Shown one piece after another: positions 36,166-48,739 of a stretch of 64,000 nucleotides of DNA. Source of the DNA: Anthoceros angustus (taxonomy: Eukaryota; Plantae; Anthocerotophyta). Positions within the stretch are counted from its first letter, which is position 1. The number at the start of each line of letters is the position of its first letter. The translations under genes and the position numbers were made by a program. The stretch spans positions 186,001 through 250,000 of the forward strand of contig MU008174.1 in assembly GCA_010909165.1 (NCBI GenBank). The letters are read 5' to 3'. The notes beneath the pieces were generated by a model. It was given only the letters and a program-made list of their open reading frames with translations. It searched no databases and was not told the DNA's origin.

Positions 36166-39100
36166 TTATGTATAATACTTCTTGACCCTCCACCCATTGA
36201 CTCGGGTGGTAGTGGAGGTCCACCTAACTCTTGCGGTTGTCTTGAGCCATTCTTGAAGACTTGAGAACTTTGTATGGCCCCATCCATCGAAGGTGGAGCT
36301 TGCCGGAAAGTGCATGTACCTATTGTCGTCTGTGAGGCCAAGTCACCGGAACTACCCACTCTTGCTTCCGCAATTGTCATGCCATATTTTCCGTTTCGCT
36401 TTGAATATCACGCATGACGCTCAACGCCTGTTCCCCTATCCTCTGTATGTTTAGCGAAGGCGACAGGCGTTCGGTGACTTTCCTCTCGCCATGCGGTTAG
36501 TTTCCGGATCGCGGTGGGAATTTCAAACTCAATAGGCATTACCGGAGAATGGCCGTAGGTGAGGTAGTACGGTGTTTGTTGCGTCGTTATTTTCTCTGCA
36601 GTCCTGTATGCCCAGAGCGCGGAGTGAAGCTTAAGATCCCAATCGTACGCATATTCCACCGTTAGTTTGTTGAGGATCCTGCACAGGAGCCCATTCGCCT
36701 TTTCCGTTAATCCATTTGCCTTGGGATTATAAGGAGTCGTTTTCCTGTGGCGAGCGTTGAAGTAGATCGTCATATGAGATATAACCGTTGTGAAATGTGA
36801 CCCTCATCGTGACAAGCTCCAAGGGACAACCATATCAGTGATAATCATTCATAGAGGAACACAGCCACTACATGGTGTCTACTGCGGTGCTTGGGCTTCC
36901 ACCATACGCGTGCAATAGTCGTGGCCACGAGGATGTATTGGTTTTGTCGCGTCCTCGTTTTGGTATGGGACCAACAAAGTCTATTCCCCATTTCTCGAAT
37001 GGCGCCGGGGCCAATATCGGAACCATTGGCCATTGAGTGGTTGCGACGGTTTCCCAACCCTCGGCGGGCATCGCAGCGTTTAACAAACTCCTAGCATCAC
37101 GATGCATGGTTTGCCACCGATACCCGTTTCAAGCACCTTCTTGCACGTGATATGTGCGCAAAATGTCCTCCGCTTCCCCTCGTGCATCTCGGACTTTCGG
37201 ATAACTGCTCCTTGTTACCCATAACTTTGTCCGCCCATCCGGTCCCGATTCTGATTGTCTTTGCGTCGTACAAGCGGACGCGAATAGTGCCTAGCGCTGC
37301 TGGGGTTTGAAAGATCCGATGGTATTTTCCCCGGTTCCAAGAATTCCATCATCTCCTCGTGAGTGGGCCTTGTGTATCCGTTCTCCCTTCTCATTTCTGC
37401 CGAGCCACCATTTACCCTCGCCTTATGGTTCGGCGTGCCGCCCCTCTAACTCATCATGACGAGCTTCATCGGAAAATCGTCGTTTTGGTCTGTGTAACCT
37501 CCTCTGTTTTCAGCCTCGAAATGTAATGCATTCACATGTTTACTCCCTCCTCTGGTCTCCACCGTGAGCGTGAATTCTTGCGGGAGTAGGATCCATCTTG
37601 CTATGCGTCCGGACAAGTCGGTTTGTTTACCGGTGTTTGAGGCGAAGTGGTCCACATGGAAGGCGAACTCGTGGGATAGCAAATAGTGGAAACTTGCGAA
37701 CCGAGTACACCATCCCAGCGCCTCCTCTCGGTGGTGGTATACTTCTTCTGCGTCGTGAGCTGCCTCCACATAATAGATTGGATAATCGTGCTTCTTGTCA
37801 TCCCTTTGGCTTAGAATGGTACCGATTGCATAGGCGGCGTCTACAAACACGTGGAACTTCTTGTTCGATCGGCCCCGTGGGTCTTGTGATCGGTGGTGCG
37901 AAGATCATTGAAGGCCTCCTCTCGTTTTTCGTCCATTCCCACTCCTGGTCCTTGCGAAGCAATTCTGTACAGCAGCGGAGCTGCCCTTCTGGAGAAATTC
38001 TTCACAAACCTTCGATAATAGCCTACCATCCCGAGGAATCCCTAAGCTCCTTGGTGGTAGGTGGCTTGAGGCGGTAATGATTTTGACCTTATCCGGTCGA
38101 CCTCTATCCCCAGCAATCGGTGCCCCAACAAAATACCCTCGGCATGCCGAAATAACACTTCTCGGGATGTAGACACAATTAGTCTGACACCGTTCGGACA
38201 TTTGCGAAGGTGGTTGAGGTGATCTTCGCTCCAAACACGCGAAGTCATCCAGAAGACCTCCATGAAGTCCCTAAGGTATTCCTTGAAAATCTTGACAACT
38301 CGCATGAAGGATCACGGTGCCCTGTTAATCCGAGCGCTCCGTTTGTAGGCATAGGTTCCCGATCAGTAGTGAAGGCATTGGTGGCCAATCACTCTCCACG
38401 AGATGTGGTTATACCGAATACCCATCCGAGAAGCAGGTAGACCATTCTCCACCGCAACTAAGTCCGATTATGTTGTCTATGAATGGAAGCGGGTAATGGT
38501 CTTTTTGGTCACCTTGTTTAACTTCCTCCAATCTGGCGGACCGTATCTTCCCTTACGCTTTTGGGAACCACCACAATTGGGGCTACCACTCCGATGTCAC
38601 AATAGGATATATGACGTCCGCAAGTAGAGCTCCAATTGTTCCTTTACCTTCGAATACTTTGGATTTAGCTTGTATTGCGGTATCCGGTGGCCGACACGGC
38701 TCGAGATCAATCTTGTGCTCCCCACTCCCTCGGTATACCCTTCATGTAACGTCAAAAGCAAAAACGTGGATAAATTCCATGCAATTTGTTTCATACCCCT
38801 TTCCAAGTGCATTCATCCTGTTGAAAACTTAAGGACCTTGCCGGGCAACACTTCCACATCCTTGACCTCATCCGTCTGCCACTCTCTCTCCACCGGCGGA
38901 TGTGATGCGAACCCTTCCTCCATGTCTTGGTTCTCCTTGGCGCATTCCCCATTCCGGAATAGGTCGTCGAGGTAAAGCGTGAGACACCCTCCTCGCACCC
39001 TCCAGTTTGTCGGATCGTCGCTCCCGGCTCACCTCTACTTCTTGTTCCTCGACCTCCGTCTGGTCTCCTCGATCCACCACGGGTTGTCAATTGTGACTCC

Positions 39101-41700
39101 ATAGCACCCTAATAGGTTGATGGAATGGGAATATCTCTCCGTGTCGTCCTCTTCATCGACCACGAAATATGTGCGAATGGGAATTTCTCCTTCTCATCCT
39201 CTCCCAGGTATCTTGAGGTGTATCCCTCCGTTTCGTGGGTGTCTCCCTCGTCGTATCTGCTCCAAGTCAAACATATCCTTCCTCCTTAATTTTGGGGTCC
39301 CAGTCCAGGTTTGAATCCCACTTCCTTTCTCGCCCCATTTGAAGGTGCAACGTGCCCCATACATCCATGTTCGTCAATGAGAACCTCATACCACAGCGCT
39401 TTTTGTTTAATGACCACGTAGTCCATGAGTGCGGAATGGTACCAATATGGGTTAGGACTCCGTCACTCCCCTACGGCGCCATTTTGGACATGTCCGCCAA
39501 CACCTTTGATGTATGTTCTATCGCAACCCAAGCTTCCGGTCTCCTCATCATGATGTTGACTCGACCGGAATCTAGCGGCACCTTCTTGATTACACATCCA
39601 TAATTTCTATCTGTAGCTCAGAGTCGTCCATCATGGCCACCATATTCACAGCAAGGGATTTCGGCCTTGGGGTGGAAAGGTTCCGTCTCTTCTTGGGTTG
39701 TGCCGCCTTCAATGCCCCAGTTCTTTGGCGGTCGCGGATTGTCCACGAGAAGTCGACGTTATCATGAACTTTTGGTCCATGATAGCGTCCAAATTGAAAG
39801 GAACACTGTTGTGCTTCTGTTTCTCCTTGCCAACCCCCCGTCATTTCAGCATGATGTCTTTGAGATGTTGCGGTCGTTGAAACATGGTAGGTGGCTTGAG
39901 GCGGTAATGATTTTGACCTTATCCGTCGACCTCTATCCCCAGCAATCGGTGCCCCAACAAAATACCCTCGGCATGCCGAAATAACATTTCTCGGGATGTA
40001 GACACAATTGGGTGTGACACCGTTCGGACATTTGCGAAGGTGGTTGAGGTGATCTTCGCTCAAACACGCAGAAGTCATCCGGAAGACCTCCATGAAGTCC
40101 CTAAGGTATTCCTTGAAAATCTTGACAATCGCATGAAGGATCACGGTGCCCTGTTAATCCGAGCGCTCCGTTTGTAGGCATAGGTTCCCGATCGTAGTGA
40201 AGGTTAGGCCAATCACTCTCCACGAGATGTGGTTATACCGAATACCCATCCGAGCAGGTAGACCATTCTCCGCAACTAAGTCCGATTATGTTGTCTATGA
40301 ATGGAAGCGGGTAATGGTCTTTTTGGTCACCTTGTTTAACTTCCTCCAATCTGACGTATCTTCCCTTACGCTTTTGGGAACCACCACAATTGGGGCTACC
40401 CACTCCGATGTCACAATAGGATATATGACGTCCGCACGCAAGTAGAGCTCCAATTGTTCCTTTACCTTCAGCGAATACTTTGGATTTAGCTTGTATTGCG
40501 GTATCCGGACTGGCACGGCACCCGGCTCGAGATCAATCTTGTGCTCCCCCCACTCCCTCGGTATACCCTTCATGTCTGTAACGTCAAAAGCAAAAACGTG
40601 GATAAATTCCGCCAACAGCTGTTTCATACCCCTTTCCAAGTCTGCATTCATCCTGTTCGAAAACTTAAGGACCTTGCCAGGCAACACTTCCACATCCTTG
40701 ACCTCATCCGTCTGTACCCACTCTCTCTCCACCGGCGCGGATGTGATGCAACCCTTCCTCCATGTCTTGGTTCTCCTTCGCGCATTCCCCATTCCGGAAT
40801 AGGTCGTCGAGGTAAACGTGAGACACCTCCTCGCACCCTCCGAGTTTGTCCGGATCGTCGCTCCCGGCTCGACCACCTCTACTTCTGTTCCTCGACCTCG
40901 TCCGGTCTCCTCGACCACCGGGTTGTCAATTGTGACTCCATAGCACCCTAATAGGTTGATGGAATGGGAATATCTCTCCGGTAATCGTCCTCTTCATCGA
41001 CCACGAAATATGTGCGAATGGGAATTTCTCCTTCTCATCCTCTCCCAGGTATCTTGAGAGGTGTATCCCTCCGTTTGTGGGTGTCTCCCTGCGTATCTCT
41101 GCTCCAAGTCAAACATATCCTTCCTCCTTAATTTTGGGGTCCCAGTCCAGGTTTGAATCCCACTTCCTTTCTCGCCCCATTTGAAGGTGCAACGTGCCCC
41201 ATACATCCATGTTCGTCAATGAGAACCTCATACCACAGCGCTTTTTGTTTAATGACCACGTAGTCCATGAGGTGCGGAATGGTACCAATATGGGTTAGGA
41301 CTCCGTCGGCTCCCCTACCGGCGCCATTTTGGACATGTCCGCCAACACCTTTGATGTATGTTCTATCTGCAACCCAAGCTTCCGGCGGTCTCCTCATCAT
41401 GATGTTGACTCGACCGGAATCTAGCGGCACCTTCTTGATTACACATCCGCAATTTCTATCTCAGAGCTCAGACCCCAGTCCATCATGGCCACCATATTCA
41501 CAAGGGATTTCGGCCTTGGGGTGGAAAGGTTCTCTCTTCTTGGGTTGTGCCGCCTTCAATGCCCCAGTTCTTTGGCGGTCTCCTCGACCACGAAATATGT
41601 GCGAATGGGAATATCTCTCCGTGTCGAGCGTTATCATGAACTTTTGGTCCATGATAGCGTCCGCCAAATTGAAAGGAACACTGTTGTGCTTCTGTTTCTC
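36166..41700 (-). CDS. pol: pol of internal unit 2 (RT-PR block duplicated at ~39883-41580; frameshifted)
   Basis: HRKTTPYNPKANGLTEKANGLLCRILNKLTVEYAYDWDLKLHSALWAYRTAEK..TPYYLTYG (INT); same RH, RT and PR motifs as unit 1. Confidence 0.9.
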
Positions 41701-44065
41701 CTTGCCAACCCCACCGTCATTTCGCGGTAGCTGTTTGAGATGTTGCGGTCGTTGAAACAGTGGCGGTAGGTGGGTGGGTCGTGGGTGGGTCGATGGCCAA
41801 AATACGGCCGTCTGTTCCGATTCTTGTCGGATCATATCCATAACCTTCCCGACATCGGGCGGAAGCGCCGACTCATCCTTTTTCCTCTTGCGGGTTTTCG
41901 CCCCATGTGTCGACTCGAGTCCCGCTGTCGTCCTCGTTTTGCACTTCACCCTCGAATCCAGCGGTCTCCTGCTAAGGGAGTTACACGTGATGCCATCCAA
42001 TCGCAACCTCGCGTTAAGTGTGGCGTTCGTGCCTTGCTCCCGTCCGGATTCGCATGCCCTTTTTTTGACTCCCATACCGAGTCCCTCGTCGGTTGTGGTT
42101 GGACTTCTCTTCCTTCCCTTTGATGAACGCCTCTTCCTCCTCACTTGCGGACGTTATGGAAGCTCCACTCCGTTCTTCTTCCTTTTTCCTCGCTCCCCTT
42201 CTTAGGGTGTCCGCCTTCCTCTCGCTCGTGTCCGAGCGACCATCGCGGGAGTTCCGTAATACCCACTATCCACATCCCCAACCCTTCCAGCTCCTCGGTG
42301 CAGCCTCGGAATCCTCCATCTGACCATGAGCGCATCTTGACTTGCATTGCGGCAGGCTTTCTTTGCGGGGTGGGTCGCCGTCGGAGGTTGAGCGATCCTC
42401 ACTGTTTTCGGTGTCTGGCGGAGGGGCGCCCTCGTGACTGATTGCTTGCGGTCCACACACCTTTCAAAATCACCATTCCTGGCGAGATGCGGAGGGGCAT
42501 CCAGCAAGATGCCCGAACCCTCGGCAATTGTAACATGGCACTCATTTGCGGGGTTCCTTGCCATCGATTGCGAATGCCCATGCACATGGGGTTTCGCAAA
42601 CTCGAGGTACAAAGTTTTGGTACCCAGAGATCGGTGTTGCCTCTTGAATTTGGTATGTATCTTCCAAGCACATCTCCTCATCCTCCTCCTCGTAGCCCAG
42701 TAGTTGCACTTTTGTTTGTGGACAGTTCGACCTCGAGTGCCCCTGCTGTCCACAAGTTGAGCAGAAGAGATTCGCCCGCGCTCCAGTAGCAACCCTTCTT
42801 CTATCATGGTCCTTGATGGCATTAAGATGGAGTTTCTCCAGTTTGACCATCATTTCCTCCATCTTGTTCCCTTGTTGCTCCACTTTTTTGGCTGCTGTTT
42901 CCACCTCTCTTCTCACACTCCGCGTCCTTTCGTGCATATAGCAGCTCCTTCCCTTTTGCACGTCGTCTTGTTTCCCAGTCATTTTTTCCCTTCTTCCTTC
43001 TATCCCTTCGGTTGCGCTCACCTTCTGACGAATTCTCCTCCGAATCCTCGCTGGTCTCCTCTTCCGTGGAGCTACCCGAGGAGTCAGTTGAAGAGCTATC
43101 CTCCTCCGCGGAACTGTCATCGGAGGACGAATAGTACTTCTTCTTCTTTTGTATTTCTTTTTGTCCTTCCGTGCGCCCTTGTTCGAGTTCTTCTTCTCTT
43201 CCGCGTTGGACTCCTCATAGTTCGGGCGACTTTAATCGATCCAAATCTTTCTCACTGAGGCGCGTGCCTTCCCATCTCCGCCCAATCCTCTTGCAAACCG
43301 GTGAATGGCCATTAGCTCGAGTGCGGACCGGCCCGATCCGTGGGTGGAACCTTTCCACATAAGCTGCGTGTCTCCTTCTTCCCTCTCCAGTCCCTCGAGT
43401 TTGGACAGACATATCCTTCCACATCGACCCCTCGAACCTTTCACAAAAGCTCTCTTCAAGGCCCCAAAGTAGGCGGGGTGTGGCGGAAGCTATGTACTCC
43501 CGCTTGTACCACTTGGCCGCTCCGCGTAAGACTCCATAAAGCAATGGGCACGATCGCATCCTCACGGTTGTGGCGTCAAGCGCTCGACAAACTCGTCGGG
43601 ATCCTCATGGCCCTTCTTTTCTCCATACAACGGGTAAGATTGCTTAGTAGTAACGAGCAGATCGCCATAACTACCGGGTAGTACTTTCAGCAGCTGCGGT
43701 AGTTGGCCACTACGTGCGGTGACCTCTACATTCACAGTTTGGACTGGCGGATCTAGGCAATGGGCGAGATCAAAAGACAAGGTGGGATCGGTACGGCCCC
43801 TTATGCATCGAGAGTTGGGAATCGAATCCGTTAAGATCCGATCCCTAGTTCCGAGTTGACTCCTGCCCCCTTCCTCGTCCGCAAGTGTGATCTCCGCCGT
43901 GCTCTCCTCGTAACTCTCTGCAATCTTTCCATGCTTGGCGTTGCCGTCTTGCGAGCGTTTCCCCAGTCGGATCCGAATCGCTTGTCTCCACGAGGCATCC
44001 ATCAATCTAGTAATGCTAGACTCTCGTAAGCTAGGGTTAGTCCTTCCTCGTCCTTGTGATTCCAT
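41701..44065 (-). CDS. gag: gag of internal unit 2 with two CCHC zinc knuckles (frameshifted)
   Basis: MESQGRGRTNPSLRESSITRLMDAS.., SYPLYGEKKGHEDPDEFVER, CSTCGQQGHSRSNC (~42722-42763) and CYNCRGFGHLA-GC (~42480-42535). The lower boundary is approximate. Confidence 0.85.
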
Positions 44066-44082
44066 TCCCGGCAACGGCGCCA
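44065..44082 (-). other. Primer-binding site, tRNA-Asp
   Basis: TGGCGCCGTTGCCGGGAA; 17/18 complementary to the plant tRNA-Asp(GTC) 3' end as recalled (TCCCCGGCAACGGCGCCA). Confidence 0.88.
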
Positions 44083-45029
44083 AAATGTGGAGTGTGGATT
44101 CGTGTCCGGGGACACCGTGAGGTCCACATTCACCCTCAATGTCGTTGTAGGCTTAGGATTCGCTCCCAAGGGAATGGTTTGTGCCGAGGCGCTAACTTCT
44201 ATCGCTCGACCTTCACCTAAGTCAAGACTTACTTGCTATTACTCCTCTTACCTATCTACTCAACCACTACTACCCCCGACTTGTCTAGCTACCACACTCT
44301 TATTCCACGACCGCAAATCTCATTCCACGGCTGGGGCTCTCACCGGGTAGTTGCTTGACCACCGAGGTGGGTCCCACACCAAACCCTAGCGACTTATTTC
44401 CGGCGCCGGCGGATCCACCGCAGGCGTCCACGTGCGGATCCGGCTTTGTGCACTCCACACTTCATGCACACACACACCATTCCTAGGGACCTAAATTCCA
44501 CAAATCCTCACGCTCCACACACACACAAAGGCGCCACACTCACACAACTTTACAAGGGAACTGTTCCCCTTGCACTTCCACCAGACCGGTTTGGTTTCTT
44601 TTGGATTCACACAATCTCCGCTAGCCTCTCAATTAGTTCCCTTCTCAACCCTCTCACACCTCGCATCGCGTCTGATGTTTAGTCACTCCTTCACCCAATC
44701 TTCTCCCTCTCTCTCTCTCCCTCAATTCGCCCAGCTTCCAACCATCCACTCAACACTTCTCTCAATTGAACACAACTAGCGGGACAAGTGTGAAGGAAGA
44801 AGAACCCCAGGCGTCACGGCGTTGAGCAAGCTCCGGACCCGCCCGCCAATCCCTTGGTTTCCTCCTCCTTTGTCGGCAAGATTGCTTTATCACCCCTCCT
44901 CCCAGTGCGGAGCAAGCTCTCGACCACCCCTAGGGCGTCTCGCACACCGCCTCATCAATCGGACGTCTCCAACCAGCCACAGGCGTGGGGATCTCAACCA
45001 GAGTTATCGGCGTGAGGGACCTAATTCGC

Positions 45030-45040
45030 CCCTCTTATAC
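45030..45040 (-). promoter_or_regulatory. Probable main LTR TATA box (GTATAAGAGGG), downstream of the LTR ORF
   Basis: Present in every inner LTR copy and identical to outer element 55439-55449. AATAAA lies ~360 nt from the LTR 3' end in LTR-B copies (27664-27669, 29505-29510). Confidence 0.55.
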
Positions 45041-45149
45041 ATCGGTGGGGCACCACCGGATTTTAGGTCCTAAGATGGCTATCACGAAGGCGCCCACAAT
45101 TCGGGCGATCCTAGGTCGATCGACATCCTAACCAAATTATCTTTAGGTT

Positions 45150-47643
45150 GCTACCACCTCACCTCGCTGTCTGCGCCCTACCTCGACTTGGCCGTCGGCC
45201 TCGTCCTCCATTGCTGCCGCCACGAGCTCTCCGCCGCGCCCGGCTGGACGGGTTCTCCCACACTACTTCCACCTCACATCCTTCTGGGCGTCCGAATTTG
45301 AGGTGTACCACCTGGGCTTCCGCATCTTCCGGCCTATTCTTGAGGATTATTCGGTTCCTCGTCCACCCAAGCTGGACCTCCTCCTCGCTCAACTCCTCCA
45401 AAGTCGCCTCCGCGCATAATAGGAGCCAACCCCACACCGGCGCGGTGGTAGAAGTATGCACTTGGTCCTCACTTGCGATGGTAGGCCACGATCCCTCCTA
45501 TTTCCACACGCACATGGGCGGTGAGGTTAAGCACGCGTTCTCCATTCACATATAGACCGAGCACATAAGTTTCCTCATCCATGTGCCGTAATATAATAGG
45601 ACCCCTATGCGGTGAGGTGCTTACCCCTCCTCCGTAGGCTACACACAGTTGCTGGCCTATGTCCTCGCGGCGCCACGTCGCATCTGTCGCCCGCCCGCTT
45701 GGGTTGGTTGCGCCAATGTCGGTGGCGGTTTCGACTACGGTAGTGGACTCCACGGCCGTCGTTCGTTCGACAACCGCGGTAGGTGAGGTTTCGGCTACCT
45801 CGGTTCTTTGCTTCCTTCCGCTCGGTAGGCCTTCCTACTCGATCGTGGTCCTGCTACCCGCTTCCCTTCCCTTCCCTTTGTCTTTTCGGCCCGCCACGTG
45901 CCTCATCCGCTCCGCTTATATCGCTCCGCTAGCTTATGGGCCTTTTCCACGAGGCCGCTTCACGCTCTGGGCTCGCAACAACTCCCCATCTCTGGTTCGT
46001 CTGTGGGCATCCTTAATTTGAGCCATGAGTGCTTCCTGGCTCGTCATGGCTTGCAACTTCTCACAGGCCTGCACAAATCTTCTTGAATCTTGGCCCTTAT
46101 TTCCTCTAGGTTCCGCTTGTCTTCCTCCGATTGCTTGCGCTTGGCCTCCTCTTATCAAACGCCTTCACCACTTCCTCCGTCGCCCGAGCCGGTGAGAGCT
46201 AAAGCCGCTTGATCCAACAAATGCTTGGGCCGGATCGCCGTGGTCGGCTCACCAAGTCCACTTGTTGTGGCGGCCCGCGCCATCCCTCTCGAGAACTTTC
46301 CTCCCAGCAGTGCGCACCCTCACCAATTCGGTTGCATCCACCTCTGTTGCGGTGGAGTCCCTTGAAAATCTCTTCCCATCTTTGAGGAGGGTCCGCCTCG
46401 AGGTCAGCCCTAAACCCTCGGAGTTGATTCATCATCGCATCCGGTCGAAAATTGTCCTCGGATCGCGCCTCCTCTTACGCCACCTCCAAGCTGGTTTGGC
46501 TTTCATTTTCTAGCTGGCCGTTTTCGACACAGTGGCCGCGCATCCGCCTTCACCTTTTTCGATGCCGCCTTCACCCCGGTCTTCCTCCTTTTCTTTGGTG
46601 GGAATTTCCTTCTCCTCCTCCTTGCCGCCACCGACTCCCAGCTATCCGATTTTTCCTCCTTGGGCTCCTCCGCCTTCCACTTCACCTCCCTAACCGGCTT
46701 CCACATGTGGAGGGAGGCTACAATCTCCACCTCTGGCAGACAGTTAGCGTAAACATAAAGATGGACCAGAAATGGTGAGATTAGAGAGGGCCGAGGGGCA
46801 GAGGAAATCAGGTTCAACCTCTCTTCACACAGCTTGTCGAAGAGAATTCGCCCCCAATCGATCTTCGCCCCCTTGACCACTTCATGAAGGAGCGGCAAGT
46901 GGTCGGACAAATAATCCACTTCTTGTCTGCGAAACATAGGAGCCACTGGCGGACCCATCAAGCTGTTGCCAAATCCCTCGTCAACGGCCGTTGGGTTCGA
47001 ATTCGCCCGCTTTAACGGGCGGTGCTGCTGCCGTGCTTCTTTTCTGGGCGGCTCCATCACCAACCGCCCGCCTCCTCCTTGCCCATACACCCTTCTAACC
47101 ACTCCGGTCCCAATCCTGCGGCCGCTCTAAATCCCCTTTGTTCATCCTTGGTGTGCGCACACTCTGCACCAGTCCAGTTCATGTAATTCCACCGCTCTTC
47201 CATGAAACCCGGCTCCTTCACAGCTCCCAGCTCGAACTTTCCAATGATCCATGTTCGGCCATTGGGCAAGCACAATTCGGTGGTGACCTTGGGCGCCATC
47301 CCTCTCACGGTCTTCACGGTCTCGCGCCACAAACCAACGCCACCTCGCTGCGAATTTCACGGTCGGTCTCGAGTTCCTACCTCCTCGGCAAGGCGCGCTG
47401 TCATCGCGCCTTCCTCCTCTGCGTCGCGCCTCGCGATGTCGGCGGGGTTGAGCTCCTTCCCGCCGTCGTTGCGCCTCGCGCCTCCTGCGATCACGGTGCC
47501 CCGGACCGGCTCCTCGACCGTCGCGCTCCGCTCGCTCCGTCCGGCCGCCGTTGCGCTCCGTTGTTTGAGCGGGATTACATCATTCCTAGGGTTAAGTTTC
47601 CCGGGTTCCCCTACTCTGTTAAACCTCTCGACCGCTTCCACAT
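45150..47643 (-). CDS. LTR-encoded accessory ORF (~830 codons, reconstructed across indels), LTR-C copy
   Basis: Collinear fragments: WEAVERSNRVGEPGKLNPRNDVILLKQRS; GMAPKVTTEIVLAQWPNMDHWKV..PGFMEERWNYMNW; KGAKIDWGRILFDKLCEERLNLIS..LVHLYVYANC; coiled coil EEIRAKIQEDLCRAQEKLQAMTSQQEALMAQIKD; C-terminal GPIILRHMDEETYVPGLYVNGERVLNLT..EATLEELSEEEVQLGW. Confidence 0.65.
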
Positions 47644-47731
47644 CCCAATCCACAACCCCACACTCATTCGGCTACCGGCGTCAGTCGACCCCAACTTATA
47701 GACTCTAATTATTCCAAACCCCCTATCTCAC

Positions 47732-47738
47732 ATATATA
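47732..47738 (-). promoter_or_regulatory. Second TATA box (TATATAT) near the LTR 5' end, upstream of the LTR ORF
   Basis: AAAAAGTCTATATATGTGAG, ~230 nt inside the LTR and ~90 nt before the ORF start; conserved in all LTR copies. Confidence 0.5.
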
Positions 47739-48739
47739 GACTTTTTAGGGAACATTCCGAGTCCATGGGCCAAGGAACACCAAATTCGGACCATTTATTT
47801 TCTAACCTAGGCAATAAAACAAAAGAACTCCATAGGCCAAGGACATTTTACTATGAATATCCCCAACTACCGTCAATCGACTTATTTTCACACCACTCTC
47901 GACCAAAAAACAAAAATTCACTTCAGAGCACATTTTAACAGGGGTTTCCGAGACTAGATCGTTTACACCCTCCCGGAGTGGAGGCGGGCAAGGCGTCGGA
48001 GGAGGAGGCGGTCGACAAACCAAGCGGACTCGGGAGGAGGAGGCGGGAGGGATTCGGACTCCATACGTCAGAGCGGACCCCCTCTCACGGTCTTCACGGT
48101 CTCGCGCCACAAACCAACGCCACCTCGCTGCGAATTTCACGGAGGTCGGTCTCGAGTTCCTACCTCCTCGGCAAGGCGCCATCCCTCTCACGGTCTCGCG
48201 CCTTCCTCCTCTGCGTCGCGCCTCGCGATGTCGGCGGGGTTGAGCTCCTTCCCGCGTTGCGCCTCGCGCCCTCCTGCGATCACGGTGCCCCGGACCGGCT
48301 CCTCGACCGTCGCCGGTTGGTGCTCCGTTGTTTGAGCGGGATTACATCATTCCTAGGGTTAAGTTTCCCGGGTTCCCCTACTCCTGTTCGACCTCTCGAC
48401 CGCTTTCCCACATCCCAATCCACAACCCCACACTCATTCATTCACGCCGCTTGGGTCGACCCCAACTTATAGACTCTAATTATTCCAAACCCCCTATCTC
48501 ACATATATAGACTTTTTAGGGAACATTCCGAGTCCATGGGCCAAGGAACACCAAATTCCGGACCATTTATTTTCTAACCTAGGCAATAAAACAAAAAGAA
48601 CTCCATAGGCCAAGGACATTTTACTATGAATATCCCCAACTCAATCGACTTATTTTCACACCACTCACTCGACCAAAAAACAAAAATTCACTTGAGGCAC
48701 ATTTTAACGGGGTTTCGAGACTAGATCGTTTACACCCTC

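Larger units (their letters stand above)
7690..47967 (-). mobile_element. Ty3/gypsy non-chromovirus (Athila/Phygy/Selgy-like) retrotransposon, LTR-internal-LTR-internal-LTR
   Basis: 5-bp TSD CCCTC (7685-7689 and 47968-47972); LTR termini TGTAAACG...CTCCACA (element sense); PBS, PPT; domain order gag-PR-RT-RH-INT; integrase ends ..VKKYYT* with no chromodomain. Confidence 0.93.
44086..47967 (-). repeat. LTR-C (5' LTR), 3882 bp, least rearranged copy
   Basis: TGTGGAGTG at 44086, 3 nt from the PBS; GTTTACA at 47967 followed by the TSD. Confidence 0.9.

Noticed and set aside
13017-44065. Calling gag/pol pseudogenes or inferring a programmed gag-pol frameshift
   Set aside because: Indel positions differ from copy to copy in a read-error-like way, so neither intactness nor a frameshift site can be judged from this sequence.
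44065-44151. tRNA-Asp gene
   Set aside because: Only 18-nt and 10-nt matches, in the wrong order for a tRNA; these are the PBS and the U5 motif.
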